A stretch of DNA of 64,000 nt from Methanocella sp. PtaU1.Bin125 (GTDB lineage: Archaea > Halobacteriota > Methanocellia > Methanocellales > Methanocellaceae), in NCBI GenBank assembly GCA_002067315.1, contig MVRA01000187.1:577-64576 (forward strand), read 5' to 3'. A model generated the notes under the pieces. That model saw only the letters and a program-made list of their open reading frames with translations, did not search any database and was not told the DNA's origin. Shown piece by piece: positions 25,347 through 35,319 of the stretch (its first letter is position 1; each line of letters starts with the position of its first letter). Both the position numbers and the translations under genes were made by a program.

Positions 25347-25697
25347 ATGAGTAAAGAGGTCGATGAGTTCGTAAAGGCGAAGGTCCGGCCGGAGCATCAG
25401 GATATTGTAGCCGCGCTACGGGCGCTGATGCGCGAGACCGCCCCGGACGCCCTCGAGACGATCAGCTATGGCATACCTGCCTGGCGAGGCAACCGGATAC
25501 TCGCCGTGATGAATCCGTCGAAATCCGGCATCACGTTCTCATTTTCCCGTGGCGCCGGGATCATTGACAAATATGGTCTGCTGGAAGGCGTCGGCAAGGT
25601 CTCGAAACACGTAAAGATGAAAAGTATGAAGGACGTCGACGAAGCCGCGCTAAAAGACTACATCTGGCAGGCTTTAGCGCTTGATGCAACCGGATGA
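25347..25697 (+). CDS. DUF1801 (YdhG-like) domain protein
   Basis: Sequence pattern V.EF......P....I...LR.L..E..P...E.ISYGIP.W..N..L......K..I.F.F is typical of DUF1801. Confidence 0.7.
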   Translation: MSKEVDEFVKAKVRPEHQDIVAALRALMRETAPDALETISYGIPAWRGNRILAVMNPSKSGITFSFSRGAGIIDKYGLLEGVGKVSKHVKMKSMKDVDEAALKDYIWQALALDATG

Positions 25698-25853
25698 GGC
25701 AGTCAGGGCCGGCAGCGGACAACGTCGAACACCCGGCTGCTGACGTTTTCAAATAAATAACAATAAGACTATAGGCAATTACTTTAAATAGTCTCTTTTG
25801 CCATAAAATCCTGGCTGCTTATTGATCGATACCCATAAAAAATCCGGAGCAAT

Positions 25854-26318
25854 GTGCGCATGCATTTGATAAAACACGCTGTCCTGATCGTTTTGCTGGC
25901 GCTGATTATGGCGGCCAGCGGCTGCTGTGCCTGCTGCGACTTCACGCCCACTCCCGCTCCCGGGAATGGCGATAAGGTGCCGGCCGGCTATACTTATGGT
26001 CAATATTATCAGAACGACCCGGGCCCCTCCTCTGAGGACGTCCGGCAAAGCGAGGCGACTCTCCGCAGGGCGGCAGAGGCGCTCGACGCCGTCGATAAGG
26101 CCGGTTTCCTCGAGTGCCTGACTGCCGAGGCACAGCAGGAGTACGCCTCGGCCGAGATGTCGGCCGACGGCGCGAAAGCCCTCGCCGCAGCCTTGAGGAA
26201 CGCTGAGATCGTGAAGCAGTACTCGGACGAGATCGTATACGAGACAGAAATCGACGGCGAATCGCTGTACTTTTCGACTACGAAGGAGGGCGGGGAATGG
26301 AAAATCGACAATATCTGA
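25854..26318 (+). CDS. Lipoprotein-like secreted protein
   Basis: Signal peptide followed by a Cys cluster (LIMAASGCCACC). 154 aa. Confidence 0.55.
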   Translation: MRMHLIKHAVLIVLLALIMAASGCCACCDFTPTPAPGNGDKVPAGYTYGQYYQNDPGPSSEDVRQSEATLRRAAEALDAVDKAGFLECLTAEAQQEYASAEMSADGAKALAAALRNAEIVKQYSDEIVYETEIDGESLYFSTTKEGGEWKIDNI

Positions 26319-28105
26319 TTCCGGTGGCCGTGCTGGTCATCGCGGTGCTCGTGATACCACAGAATGCGCTCGCATATAACAATGTGGACGCGCACCAGGC
26401 CGTTAACGCCCACGCGATCGAGTACTTCGAGAAATATATCATGCCGAAGGACCAGTACCTGAAGTCCGCCTCGCTCTCGGGATCGCCCTGCGTTGGCATT
26501 GCATGGGACATCGAGGACGGCGCCGATACCGGGAAAAAGACCGGCCCGGCGAGGACCGTGTCGATCAATAAGCGGAAGGCCCTGCAGGAATGGATCATCG
26601 ACGCGGGCTACTCCGCGGACGAGCCGGAGGCGCCCATGGCGCTCAGGCATTTCTACGACCCGGAGCGGCAGCCCCGGTACCTGACGGACCAGATCGTCGA
26701 CTGGAACGTCATGTCGTACGGGAACCCGCAGATGGACGCTTACACCTGGGCGTTCACCGCGCCGGATAATCCCTACACGTTCCAGATGGCGAAGACCTAT
26801 TACCGGAGAGCGCTCGAAAGTGTCGATCCGGAAAACGAGGACTACGGCAACGCCTGGCGGGCGGTGGGGGAGACGATGCACATGTTCGCGGACATGACCG
26901 TTCCCGCGCACGTCCGGAACGACGGCCACGTGCGGTATGACCTGTACGAGCGCTTCACCCGGGGCGACTCGGTGGACGACTACGCGTACAGGGCCGCGGT
27001 AAAGTCGCTCGACTACGATTGTGCCTACGCGAGCGACAGCCAGAGCCTGCAGAAACTATTCACAGACCTGGCCGCTTTCACGCACAATAACTTCTTCTCG
27101 GAGGATACGTTGCCGTTATGGAGCAGCACGACGACGACCAACGGTAACGCGCTGTACGCTTCGCCCGTGCTGAACATCGACCCGTCGTTCACCGGCTACT
27201 ATAAGCGCACGGTCGACGGGCGCGAGACGCTCATGGCGACCCAGAAGCTCTCCTCCCGGCTGGGGCTCTGGACGACGCCGGTGCTGGGCATGGACTGGAA
27301 AGTCCTGGACTCGCAGCAGCAGGTGCTGATCCCGACCGCGATCAGGGCCGATGCCGCCGTCCTCGACGCGTTCCTGCCCCGGTATGCGGTGACGATCGAC
27401 AGCGTGACTCCGGTGCTGACGCAGCCGGGTGTATACACGGTCGAGGGCCACATTACCCACGTCCCGACCAGGGAGTGGCCTTCGAGCCCGGAGATAAGGA
27501 ACGGCGCACACGTCGTCGTCAACGGCAAGGACTACGCCATAACGCCTTACGGTAACGCACAGAGCCTGAAGACCATCAGGGTCGACGTACCGGCTGCCGA
27601 CGGCGACGTCCTGTACATGTACTACGACCTCGGGGGCTACGTGATCAAGTCGGGCAGCGTCCGTATCAAAGGGCCAGCCCCGACCCCGTCGCCGACCCCC
27701 AAAGCCACGCCGAAGCCGACGCAGGCTCCCACGAAAAAGCCGACGTCCCCCTCTTCCGGCACCGCTTTTAAGAGCAACGACATCCTCTACCTTGAGATCA
27801 CCCCGGCGGTTGCGGAATATATCGTGAGCAACGAGCTGAAGATATCCTACAACGGGTATTATCTCGTGATGATCAGCCCGGGCCACGCGTTCGTCAGCGA
27901 CGACAAATACCTGATCAGCCGGGTGACTTCTTACACGAACCCGATTTCCGACCCGCCCTTCCTGGAGGTCACCGGCCGGTACTGGAGCAGCTACGGCAGT
28001 GACGATAACCAGTTCTGGGATAAGGACTTCGTCGAGTCGCACTTCCAGAAGGTCGGGACGCTCGACCTCAATAAGGCCAATTTCGGGTTTTCCGGGGACG
28101 GATAA
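26297..28105 (+). CDS. Secreted protein with zinc-dependent phospholipase C / P1-nuclease-like N-terminal domain
   Basis: Signal peptide. His-rich motifs (HQAVNAHAIEYF, RHFYDP, GETMHMFADMTVPAHVRNDGH) resemble the Zn-PLC/S1-P1 fold. PT-rich linker and a C-terminal domain of unknown function. Confidence 0.55.
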   Translation: MENRQYLIPVAVLVIAVLVIPQNALAYNNVDAHQAVNAHAIEYFEKYIMPKDQYLKSASLSGSPCVGIAWDIEDGADTGKKTGPARTVSINKRKALQEWIIDAGYSADEPEAPMALRHFYDPERQPRYLTDQIVDWNVMSYGNPQMDAYTWAFTAPDNPYTFQMAKTYYRRALESVDPENEDYGNAWRAVGETMHMFADMTVPAHVRNDGHVRYDLYERFTRGDSVDDYAYRAAVKSLDYDCAYASDSQSLQKLFTDLAAFTHNNFFSEDTLPLWSSTTTTNGNALYASPVLNIDPSFTGYYKRTVDGRETLMATQKLSSRLGLWTTPVLGMDWKVLDSQQQVLIPTAIRADAAVLDAFLPRYAVTIDSVTPVLTQPGVYTVEGHITHVPTREWPSSPEIRNGAHVVVNGKDYAITPYGNAQSLKTIRVDVPAADGDVLYMYYDLGGYVIKSGSVRIKGPAPTPSPTPKATPKPTQAPTKKPTSPSSGTAFKSNDILYLEITPAVAEYIVSNELKISYNGYYLVMISPGHAFVSDDKYLISRVTSYTNPISDPPFLEVTGRYWSSYGSDDNQFWDKDFVESHFQKVGTLDLNKANFGFSGDG

Positions 28106-28110
28106 AGGAA

Positions 28111-28170
28111 GCTGCTACCGCAGCTTCTTGGCTGCTACCGCAGCTTCTTGGCTGCTACCGCAGCTTCTTG
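28111..28170. terminator. Three tandem copies of a 20-bp hairpin unit followed by a T-run (bidirectional terminator candidate)
   Basis: (GCTGCTACCGCAGCTTCTTG)x3 at 28111-28130, 28131-28150 and 28151-28170. Each unit folds AAGCTGC-TACC-GCAGCTT. Followed by TTTTTTT. Lies between convergent genes. Confidence 0.45.
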
Positions 28171-28175
28171 TTTTT

Positions 28176-28763
28176 TTATTTCCTAAGCATGACCGAGCCG
28201 AGATAGGCCATGTATCCCAGGCAGGCGATACCGATAATCACGGCAAGGACGGTCCCGATGCTCGTGTCAGGCCCGGGCAGCTCCATACCGCTAACCAGCG
28301 GGGTGGGGAGGGCCCTGGTGCCCGACATGGGGGCCGGGGAAGGCGAAGCCGGGTCATTCCCGGAAATTTCTGCCTTCATCGTGACAAGGCCAGGTACGGG
28401 CGAAGGCGTCGCCGGCACGGTTGCAGGTTCCAGACCATAAGACGGCCTCTGGATTACCGTTGTCGGGGGCTGTACGGTCGGTTCCGGAACGGGCGGCTGT
28501 ATCGGTGCCTGCGTCGGTGTCGGTGCCGGCTTTTTAGCCGGTGTCGGCTTTAGTGTCGGCTTCGGTGTCAGTGTCGGCTTTAGTGTCGGGTAGCGTTTAT
28601 CTTTCTTCCAGTCATCGTCGCCATCGTCCTTGTCCCTGCCCGGGCGGTCTTTATTTTTTACGCTCCGGTCATCATCTGCAGTGACCACCGTCGATATGAA
28701 TGCCAGCATGATGAGCGCGATGATTAAAAACACTATGATGGTATCCGCTTTCATATGCATCAT
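28176..28763 (-). CDS. Pro/Thr-rich surface protein with N-terminal signal/anchor and C-terminal TM helix
   Basis: 195-aa ORF. KPTLxP repeats. C-terminal hydrophobic segment ending in LRK. Confidence 0.6.
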   Translation of the reverse strand: MMHMKADTIIVFLIIALIMLAFISTVVTADDDRSVKNKDRPGRDKDDGDDDWKKDKRYPTLKPTLTPKPTLKPTPAKKPAPTPTQAPIQPPVPEPTVQPPTTVIQRPSYGLEPATVPATPSPVPGLVTMKAEISGNDPASPSPAPMSGTRALPTPLVSGMELPGPDTSIGTVLAVIIGIACLGYMAYLGSVMLRK

Positions 28764-28977
28764 TATACCTCCGGGCTCCCGGGTCCGGCCAGTGCTCCGG
28801 GGAACAGGCTATCCTGTACCAATAACTCGACCTGTATGAATATATATCTTATTATTAAAATAATTAATTACTTATAAAATAACCGTTCGCGATACTGGCG
28901 AATCATACTTCGCTTAGAAATTTGAAACGGTTAATTTTATTATCGCAGGCACTATCAATGGATATGAGGCCAAACTT

Positions 28978-29745
28978 TTGTCCATCCTGAAAAAAATCGC
29001 CGGATTTACCATTATCATGGTATTCATGTCCGTCAGTGTTTTTCTCATTGGCCTTGGCTCCGGCAATATCGTCATAAGCGAAAATGGCGAGATCACTATC
29101 CCTGCATTGTCTAACCCGACGCCGCTGCCGCTGGATCCGAATGACCCGGTGATCGGGACGTATCGATCGATCGACGACACCCTAGTCTGCCGGTTCTACG
29201 GGAACGGGAGCTATGTTTTCATGAGCCTGATCCACCCGTCGGTTTCCTGTGGCAGCTGGGGCAACTACGGGGACGGCCATTATTCGCTTCATTTGCTTCA
29301 AACGGAGTCGGAAGGAAAAAAGTCGTTCGCCAACGCATTGCCGTTTAGCCAGGCCCAGGGGTATGATCTGAAGAACGGCGAACTGATCGGCCAGGGCCCG
29401 AACGACCGCTTCGAAAAGATCTCCGGCAATCCCGACGCGCCCGTACAGATGCACGTATATCCGAGCATATCCCCGGAAACCCCGATTAACCGCCAGGTGG
29501 GCGTCGAAGTAAAGCGGGCGGGCCCGGACAGCATCTTCGTAAAGGTGATAACCGGCCAGGATGTAGCCTCGCTGGTATCGATCAAGGTAACGGCCGACGG
29601 CCGTGAAGCCCCCATGACATCCGGAAAGATCGGCCCGCAAATAGGCTCCATGGCATATTATAACGTCAGGGAAAACTCGGACATCGTCGTCGTCGCCGAG
29701 TTCTACGACTATACCCACTTTACCGTGTGGGCCGGGAAAATATGA
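28978..29745 (+). CDS. Membrane-anchored extracellular hypothetical protein
   Basis: 255-aa ORF with an N-terminal hydrophobic anchor (IAGFTIIMVFMSVSVFLIGLG). Confidence 0.55.
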   Translation: MSILKKIAGFTIIMVFMSVSVFLIGLGSGNIVISENGEITIPALSNPTPLPLDPNDPVIGTYRSIDDTLVCRFYGNGSYVFMSLIHPSVSCGSWGNYGDGHYSLHLLQTESEGKKSFANALPFSQAQGYDLKNGELIGQGPNDRFEKISGNPDAPVQMHVYPSISPETPINRQVGVEVKRAGPDSIFVKVITGQDVASLVSIKVTADGREAPMTSGKIGPQIGSMAYYNVRENSDIVVVAEFYDYTHFTVWAGKI

Positions 29746-29835
29746 CGAACAGCCCTTCGGGCGCTAAAGAAACAAAAAGAGCGGATGCAAGAGACTTGTA
29801 TCTGCAAGCGGCCTGCATCCTTGTGTGAATTGCGG

Positions 29836-30291
29836 TTACCAGACTTCCACGAACGCCATGTTCGTGTAGATGTCCTCGAGCCGGGCCTTGTGGGTCTTCT
29901 CCATGTTGGCCAGCTGGCTGAACAGGAACTGGGTTTCAGTGTCCTTGGACGCGTTGGCGAGCTGGGTGTACATCTGCATGGCCTCGAGCTCCTTCTTGAT
30001 GGCGATGACCAGGCCGTCGAGCGGCTTGAGGTCCGTGGTCAGCTTCGGAGTCTTCTTGTCATCGACGACCTTGTAGTCGGCCTTGGCGTCGAACTTCATC
30101 GTCTTCGGGTCCCGGGTCAGGAACGACTGCAGGAACTCGCGGTGCTTCTTCTCTTCGCCCGCAAGCTCGGCGAACATGGACTTCAGCGCCTTGTCTTCTA
30201 CCTTGTCAGTGACTGACTTGTAGAACGCGTACGCTTCCACTTCTCTGTCAATAGCCTTCGATATGATTTTCTTTGCATCTTCAGCTTTCAT
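29836..30291 (-). CDS. Ferritin-like / rubrerythrin-family diiron protein (no rubredoxin domain)
   Basis: Two E..H-type helices (REVEAYAFY ... LAGEEKKHREFL ... KELEAMQMY ... ANMEKTHKARL). Confidence 0.75.
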   Translation of the reverse strand: MKAEDAKKIISKAIDREVEAYAFYKSVTDKVEDKALKSMFAELAGEEKKHREFLQSFLTRDPKTMKFDAKADYKVVDDKKTPKLTTDLKPLDGLVIAIKKELEAMQMYTQLANASKDTETQFLFSQLANMEKTHKARLEDIYTNMAFVEVW

Positions 30292-30524
30292 TGAGTCACC
30301 ATCCGTTTGATTAACCTACAATTGTATAACTAACTATTGTATATTATACTATTACTTATTAATTATAACTGTCATCCTATTTATAATGTTCGTGTATTAG
30401 CGAACAATATGGGGTTCCCGTCCTTAAAAAGCGTCAATCAATATGGCATTTCCGGCTTTTCGCCTGTTCGAGCGCGGGACACCTTCGAACGGACCGGGGC
30501 GGGCCATCGTTATGTCGGTCTTAG

Positions 30525-30788
30525 CTATTGTTTCCCGGTATACTGGTACCGTTGCCGGTTAAAAATCGTTCCGCCCCGGTAGTCGATCCGGTAGACACGA
30601 TGGTACGGGATGAACGAGCCGGAGTCCAGCTCGAACCCGAACGCCTCGATGCTCTTGATCTCGCCGCCTCCCGCGGATGCCGAGTCGTCCGGGCAGCCCC
30701 GGCTGACGTAATAGACCGTGGCGTCGGCGAGGCTCTCGCCTTCTTTCCACCTGAGCCTGTTGAGCACGTCCCTCGGGCTGACATACAT
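30525..30788 (-). CDS. DUF504 (UPF0248) family protein
   Basis: 87-aa ORF. The N-terminal P.DVLNRLRW motif and the C-terminal IPYHRV..I pattern are typical of DUF504. Confidence 0.7.
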   Translation of the reverse strand: MYVSPRDVLNRLRWKEGESLADATVYYVSRGCPDDSASAGGGEIKSIEAFGFELDSGSFIPYHRVYRIDYRGGTIFNRQRYQYTGKQ

Positions 30789-30879
30789 GGTCTACAGCCA
30801 ATAACAATGTACCGGTTCGCCGGTATTAAAGTCTGGCCTTGACAGTACCGGCATGTGACGGCGGCATCGCATGTCCGCG

Positions 30880-31578
30880 TTAAAATAACTTTTTACCCGC
30901 GGCTTCTGCAGCCTCGACCGACTTGACGAACCGGGCCACGTCCTCGTCCATCTCTTCTTCGGCTGCGCCGGCCTTCCCGGGATTACGCAGCCAGGCCATC
31001 TCCTTGTGGGCGAGATTGTCCACCAGCCGGGCATCGAACGCGTTGCCCGCCCTTTCGAAGTAGATTTGCATGGCCTGGACGCCGAATGCCAGTCGCATGT
31101 ACATGTCGGCGTCCGGCAAAATATATACGTCGTCATCCAGGTCGCGGAGAGCGCAACCCTCGTGCAGCTGCACGAAACTTTTCAATATGTCGCCACGGAA
31201 CGTCCTCATCACCATGTTAGGGTATGCCCGGCATATGATCGGCTTGAAGGCGTGGATACCGCATTTGTCGCCCGTAAGGAAGGGACAGCCGTTCCGGAGC
31301 TTGAGGCCGAAAGCCCTCGAATCATATTGCGTGTGGCCCTTACCGTCCCGGACAGCGCCGATGGTGACGATCCCGTCCAGATAGCGATCGTTGAACTCTG
31401 CCAGCGTTAAGCCGATGCCTTTACTGATCCGGAAAATGTCCGAAGGGAACAGCCCTATACAGGGCTCTTCTCTACAGCATCGCCCACAGCCCCGGCAGGG
31501 CATGTGGCCTGCTTTGATGAACGTGGATGCCCCCCGCGCCCTGAAAAAGCTCTCGTAGTCCATCGATAGTACTTCCAT
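30880..31578 (-). CDS. YkgJ-family cysteine-cluster (CxxCxxCC) protein
   Basis: CRGCGRCCREEPC motif plus later Cys residues (NGCPFL..DKCGIH). 232 aa. Confidence 0.7.
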   Translation of the reverse strand: MEVLSMDYESFFRARGASTFIKAGHMPCRGCGRCCREEPCIGLFPSDIFRISKGIGLTLAEFNDRYLDGIVTIGAVRDGKGHTQYDSRAFGLKLRNGCPFLTGDKCGIHAFKPIICRAYPNMVMRTFRGDILKSFVQLHEGCALRDLDDDVYILPDADMYMRLAFGVQAMQIYFERAGNAFDARLVDNLAHKEMAWLRNPGKAGAAEEEMDEDVARFVKSVEAAEAAGKKLF

Positions 31579-31652
31579 TAAAAGGTGATAAATAGTTATT
31601 GGGGACGGCGAAAAACACCGGACACCGATAATCCCCCGGCCCGGGAGCGTAT

Positions 31653-32099
31653 TCAGGTCCAGCTTAATCCATAGTGAATCTTATCCAGCAGGTACCGGTC
31701 GCCCCCGGACAGCTTCGCGTCCGAGCAGAGGATGTACAGGCAGATCGGGCTGCGCAATTCTCTCGGCAGCAGGCATCCCGTATTCTCCCGCCGGAAACCC
31801 CACCGCGGGTCGTAGGACTCAGCCATCGTCCTCACCGTGGCCTCGTCCAGCGCCCCGGGCTCCTTACGCCAGTACCCGAAGGTGCAGGCGCACTCCGAGC
31901 AGCAGTTCTTGTCTCCCGGGCCCCGGGCCCGGCAGCAGCCGTCCTTAAAATTACAGTCGTAGTCCACGTCTTCGGTCAGCCTCGCCAGGCCCCGGTAGAC
32001 GTCCAGCTCGAAGCCGCGTACCCTGGCGGCCTCTCGCGGCACGATGGAAACGCCCCACGAGGCCAGCAGCGCCCGGACGTCCTCGTATTTCAGCCTCAT
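31653..32099 (-). CDS. Cys-rich hypothetical protein (148 aa)
   Basis: Start ATG 32099 overlaps the upstream gene's TGA stop (ATGA). Cys cluster CNFKDGCCRARGPGDKNCCSECAC. The track ORF's upstream extension overlaps the DUF998 gene and is rejected. Confidence 0.55.
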   Translation of the reverse strand: MRLKYEDVRALLASWGVSIVPREAARVRGFELDVYRGLARLTEDVDYDCNFKDGCCRARGPGDKNCCSECACTFGYWRKEPGALDEATVRTMAESYDPRWGFRRENTGCLLPRELRSPICLYILCSDAKLSGGDRYLLDKIHYGLSWT

Positions 32100-32779
32100 C
32101 GCCCCTTGACGGCCGGACCCATGTTGCGCTTTGCCGACGACCGATAGAGGTCGATGCTGATTAGCGCCGCCCATAGCAGCATTAAGAACACAGATATCCA
32201 TTCGAGGATGGTGATCGACTCGATCGTGGGCCGCTGTATCGCGAACACGACGCCGACGGCGGCCGTCAGGTATCCGGCCCATGCCGTGGCCCGGCTGAAG
32301 CCCGGGTTTCCGCGGAGGGCGAGGGTGGCGAGCAGGATGGCGAGGGTGCTCGAGAGGAAGAACAGTACTGAGACGATGAAATGTTCCGGGTCGAACGACT
32401 CGTTGAAGTAGCCCACGCCCGCCAGGGCGATGCCCGAGAAGATGCCACAGGCCATGGCGGCTGCCAGTAGAGTCTTGTTGACGATGCCCAGGTGCAGCCA
32501 GCGGCTCAGCCCGAGGTAGAACCCGATGAGGAGCAGCCCCGTGACGCCGTCCGCCCAGTTGAAGTACGCATAGCCGGCAGGATTCAGCCCGGGGTTTCCG
32601 AGGTCGCTCATCCAGTTCTTGAGCGGGGAGAAGCCCGGGGGATAGCTGACGATCGACATGAGCAGGAATCCGCAGAAAAAGACGGTGGCGATCAGCGCGA
32701 TGACACTGCTGACCGGTATCTTCGACAGGATTGGTTTCACAGGCACACTTCCCGGTAAAAAAATGGCATGCAATGACAT
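32096..32779 (-). CDS. DUF998-like integral membrane protein
   Basis: ATG at 32779. Six or more TM helices. N-terminal motif YPPGFSPLKNWMSDLG is typical of DUF998. Confidence 0.6.
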   Translation of the reverse strand: MSLHAIFLPGSVPVKPILSKIPVSSVIALIATVFFCGFLLMSIVSYPPGFSPLKNWMSDLGNPGLNPAGYAYFNWADGVTGLLLIGFYLGLSRWLHLGIVNKTLLAAAMACGIFSGIALAGVGYFNESFDPEHFIVSVLFFLSSTLAILLATLALRGNPGFSRATAWAGYLTAAVGVVFAIQRPTIESITILEWISVFLMLLWAALISIDLYRSSAKRNMGPAVKGR

Positions 32780-33036
32780 AAAGGTTATCCGTCGGCCGGT
32801 ATGGTATCCCCGTGCGCAGGTCTGCATGGCAGGGCCGGGGCCAGCACGCCGGATTAGCGATTGCTTATACGACACGCGGAATGTCCGGCGGCCGGACTAT
32901 GGCATCGGCCATCGCTTAAACTGGCTGAGGTGCACCCGATTATCGATGAAACCGGCGGTAGCAGGCAGCGTTTTCAGACGTAACGGGCGGGCTTGTTTAT
33001 AAGCCGGTATATCTATCTCTGTTTCGAGGACCATTT

Positions 33037-33204
33037 ATGGCAGGCAATATAGGAGAATATGACTACCCCAGCACACAGGGCCAGGGTTGCGGGACAGAGA
33101 TGGAGAAGTGTAGTGAAAAATGCCCGGTCTGTGGCGGTGCCACGCGGCGCATGTACTTTTGCGAGAAGTGCGGTAAACCCGTAGCAGAGTGTGCCTGTAA
33201 ATAG
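33037..33204 (+). CDS. Possible small Cys-rich zinc-ribbon protein (55 aa; below the ORF-track cutoff)
   Basis: ATG 33037 to TAG 33204: MAGNIGEYDYPSTQGQGCGTEMEKCSEKCPVCGGATRRMYFCEKCGKPVAECACK. Contains CPVCG and CEKCG knuckles. Confidence 0.35.
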   Translation: MAGNIGEYDYPSTQGQGCGTEMEKCSEKCPVCGGATRRMYFCEKCGKPVAECACK

Positions 33205-33337
33205 CGGGAGTATCGGAGGCCCTGCGTCAGGAACGCAGCGGCCTGTTTAATTATTTGGCTATAACGGGAGTGCATAGAAACATTGCTTTTTGTAAGCCAA
33301 AATATTAATATTTAGACAAATAATCCATATTAATGTA

Positions 33338-33604
33338 ATGGCAAGCTCACAAAGCTCCCAATTGCTGGGCATTCTGACCGTATGCCTTGCAGTGTTGTTA
33401 GTCATCCTCATACTTCTCATTACCAGCACAGGCGATCGGTTTTTCATGAATACGATCACCGGCACGATCTTCAGCGCATTCCAGGTGGAACCCGGCACCT
33501 TCGGGGGCTGGATCGTCCTGCTGATCGTGGGTGGCATCGTACTGATATCGGCCATGGGCACGTTCTCGCTAATGAAATACGCGATCGGTCTCTTTAAGAT
33601 GTAA
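33338..33604 (+). CDS. Small membrane protein (2-3 TM)
   Basis: 88-aa hydrophobic ORF. Confidence 0.5.
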   Translation: MASSQSSQLLGILTVCLAVLLVILILLITSTGDRFFMNTITGTIFSAFQVEPGTFGGWIVLLIVGGIVLISAMGTFSLMKYAIGLFKM

Positions 33605-33755
33605 TTTAAAAGGAAATGCTGACCCGGAAGCTTCCGTGCATGCCGTCCATATGCGATATATGGGCCAAAAATGCGTTTTTCCGGCGTAAAGCCAGTTAAT
33701 ATGTGCGCTTGAACAGCAATAACTATTTACCATAGTACTCTGTCAACTAGCAGCA

Positions 33756-34445
33756 ATGGACGCAAAAATATTAAAACTGACCGTATTTTGTGCGTTTATA
33801 GTCGTAGCCGTGATCGTGGCAGGCTGCATATTCTCCAGCATTAACGACGTCGCCGAATCGACGCCTGAGCCGTGCCCCTCGCCATCGACTTCACCCGGGC
33901 AGACCGTACCGCCTTCTCAATCCGGCGGGTCGCCGACGCCGGTGCCGGGCGTATATATTCCGGGCACGATCGGCGGCGGTAACTCTGTCTACATACCGGT
34001 GCCCACGCAGGCACCCGGCACGGGTCCTTCCCAAGGCACGCCCACCCCGATGCCGACGCCGACTCCGGTCCCTGCTGTGACTCCCGTGCCCGTCATAAGC
34101 GCGACCACGAGCGACTGGGGCTCGGATAAAGACGTATATCCCCGGGGCAGCACGGCGACGGGATGGGTCTACGTGACGAACACCGGCAACGTCCCCATTG
34201 ACCGGGTCGACTTTATCATCCTGATCCAGAGGACGATCTTTTTCGTGCCCGTGTCGAAGACGTTCACCTATAATGCTACGGGCCTGAATATACAGCCGGG
34301 CTCGAAGCAGCAGGTAGCGTTCAGCCTGTCCATACCTGCGGACTACGAAGGCATATCGACCGCGGGTGACTACCGGCTGACTGCGACGGCTTATCTGGGC
34401 GGGAACCAGATCGGCAGCTATTCGAAGAACCTAAAAATTGTCTGA
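33756..34445 (+). CDS. Secreted Pro/Thr-rich protein with C-terminal beta-sandwich-like (CARDB/DUF11-like) domain
   Basis: Signal/anchor helix, PT-rich linker, then a ...GWVYVTNTGNVPIDRVDF... segment typical of adhesion-type Ig-like domains. Confidence 0.6.
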   Translation: MDAKILKLTVFCAFIVVAVIVAGCIFSSINDVAESTPEPCPSPSTSPGQTVPPSQSGGSPTPVPGVYIPGTIGGGNSVYIPVPTQAPGTGPSQGTPTPMPTPTPVPAVTPVPVISATTSDWGSDKDVYPRGSTATGWVYVTNTGNVPIDRVDFIILIQRTIFFVPVSKTFTYNATGLNIQPGSKQQVAFSLSIPADYEGISTAGDYRLTATAYLGGNQIGSYSKNLKIV

Positions 34446-34494
34446 CGCCAGGCGCCGGCCGCCAGGGATGGCCACACAGCGCTGGCGCGATTTC

Positions 34495-35157
34495 TTATTT
34501 CGCCCGGCGGGTGTAGTCGTTCAGGCCCGAGATGCCCGCGGACTTTTCCAGGTCCATGAGCATCGTGTAAGCCTTTTTCGTCGCGTCCTTCCCGAGCAGC
34601 TTCTTCTCGTGCTCTTCCTGCTTCTCCTTCAGCTCCTCCAGCTCGTCTTCCGACCAGGTGCCTGCCATGACCGGGAACAGGACCGTCTGCTCCCAGGCGG
34701 CGTGGGCCATGACCATGTCGTGGAAGTCCATGAACAGGCGCTTGAGCTCTTCCATCTCGGACTTGTCCCTGACCGCCCCCGTCTTGCTCAGGTTCTCCAT
34801 CCGCGCGACGATCTTGCGCATCTCGATGTGCTGGTTCCTGAGCACCTTCGCCAGGTCGGCCAGCTCGGTATCCTCGAACCGCGGGTATATGTGCTCTTCC
34901 TCGATCACCATGTGGTGCTGGTCGACGAGCTGCCTGATCATCCCGCACGCCGTGTTAATCACACCGAGGTCGGCCTTGCCGCCGGTGCCTGCCATCTTAA
35001 GCCTGTGATCCATCGCCAGCATAATCCGGTCGAGCATCCCGTGCTCGGATGCCAGCTCCTCCGTCGGGGATATCTCCTCTTTGCCGTCTTCCAGGCCTTC
35101 GGGTATGCGCCCCATTACCATCTGTGCCATGTCAATTTCTCCAGACAAGAGAAACAT
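34495..35157 (-). CDS. Hemerythrin-like (HHE cation-binding) domain protein
   Basis: Paired His/Glu helices (SEHGMLDRI, EEEHIYPRFE, HIEMRKI, HAAWEQTVLFP). Alternative start ATG at 35130. Confidence 0.65.
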   Translation of the reverse strand: MFLLSGEIDMAQMVMGRIPEGLEDGKEEISPTEELASEHGMLDRIMLAMDHRLKMAGTGGKADLGVINTACGMIRQLVDQHHMVIEEEHIYPRFEDTELADLAKVLRNQHIEMRKIVARMENLSKTGAVRDKSEMEELKRLFMDFHDMVMAHAAWEQTVLFPVMAGTWSEDELEELKEKQEEHEKKLLGKDATKKAYTMLMDLEKSAGISGLNDYTRRAK

Positions 35158-35319
35158 ACAAATTTATTAAACGGTATGCTCAGTTTAAAGCGATTCACGG
35201 CCCGCTGTCAGCCTGTTTCACCTTCATCGCTCCGGCCATCCGGCGCATAAAGGCCGGCCGTGAGATCGTGCGCCGTGCTAGCAAGTATTATGGTATCGCT
35301 CGTCCATATATCTCCGGGT

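Noticed and set aside
14035-28170. Tandem repeats at 14035, 21121 and 28111 considered as CRISPR arrays
   Set aside because: The units are directly adjacent with no unique spacers. There are only about 3 copies each, and no cas genes are in the window.
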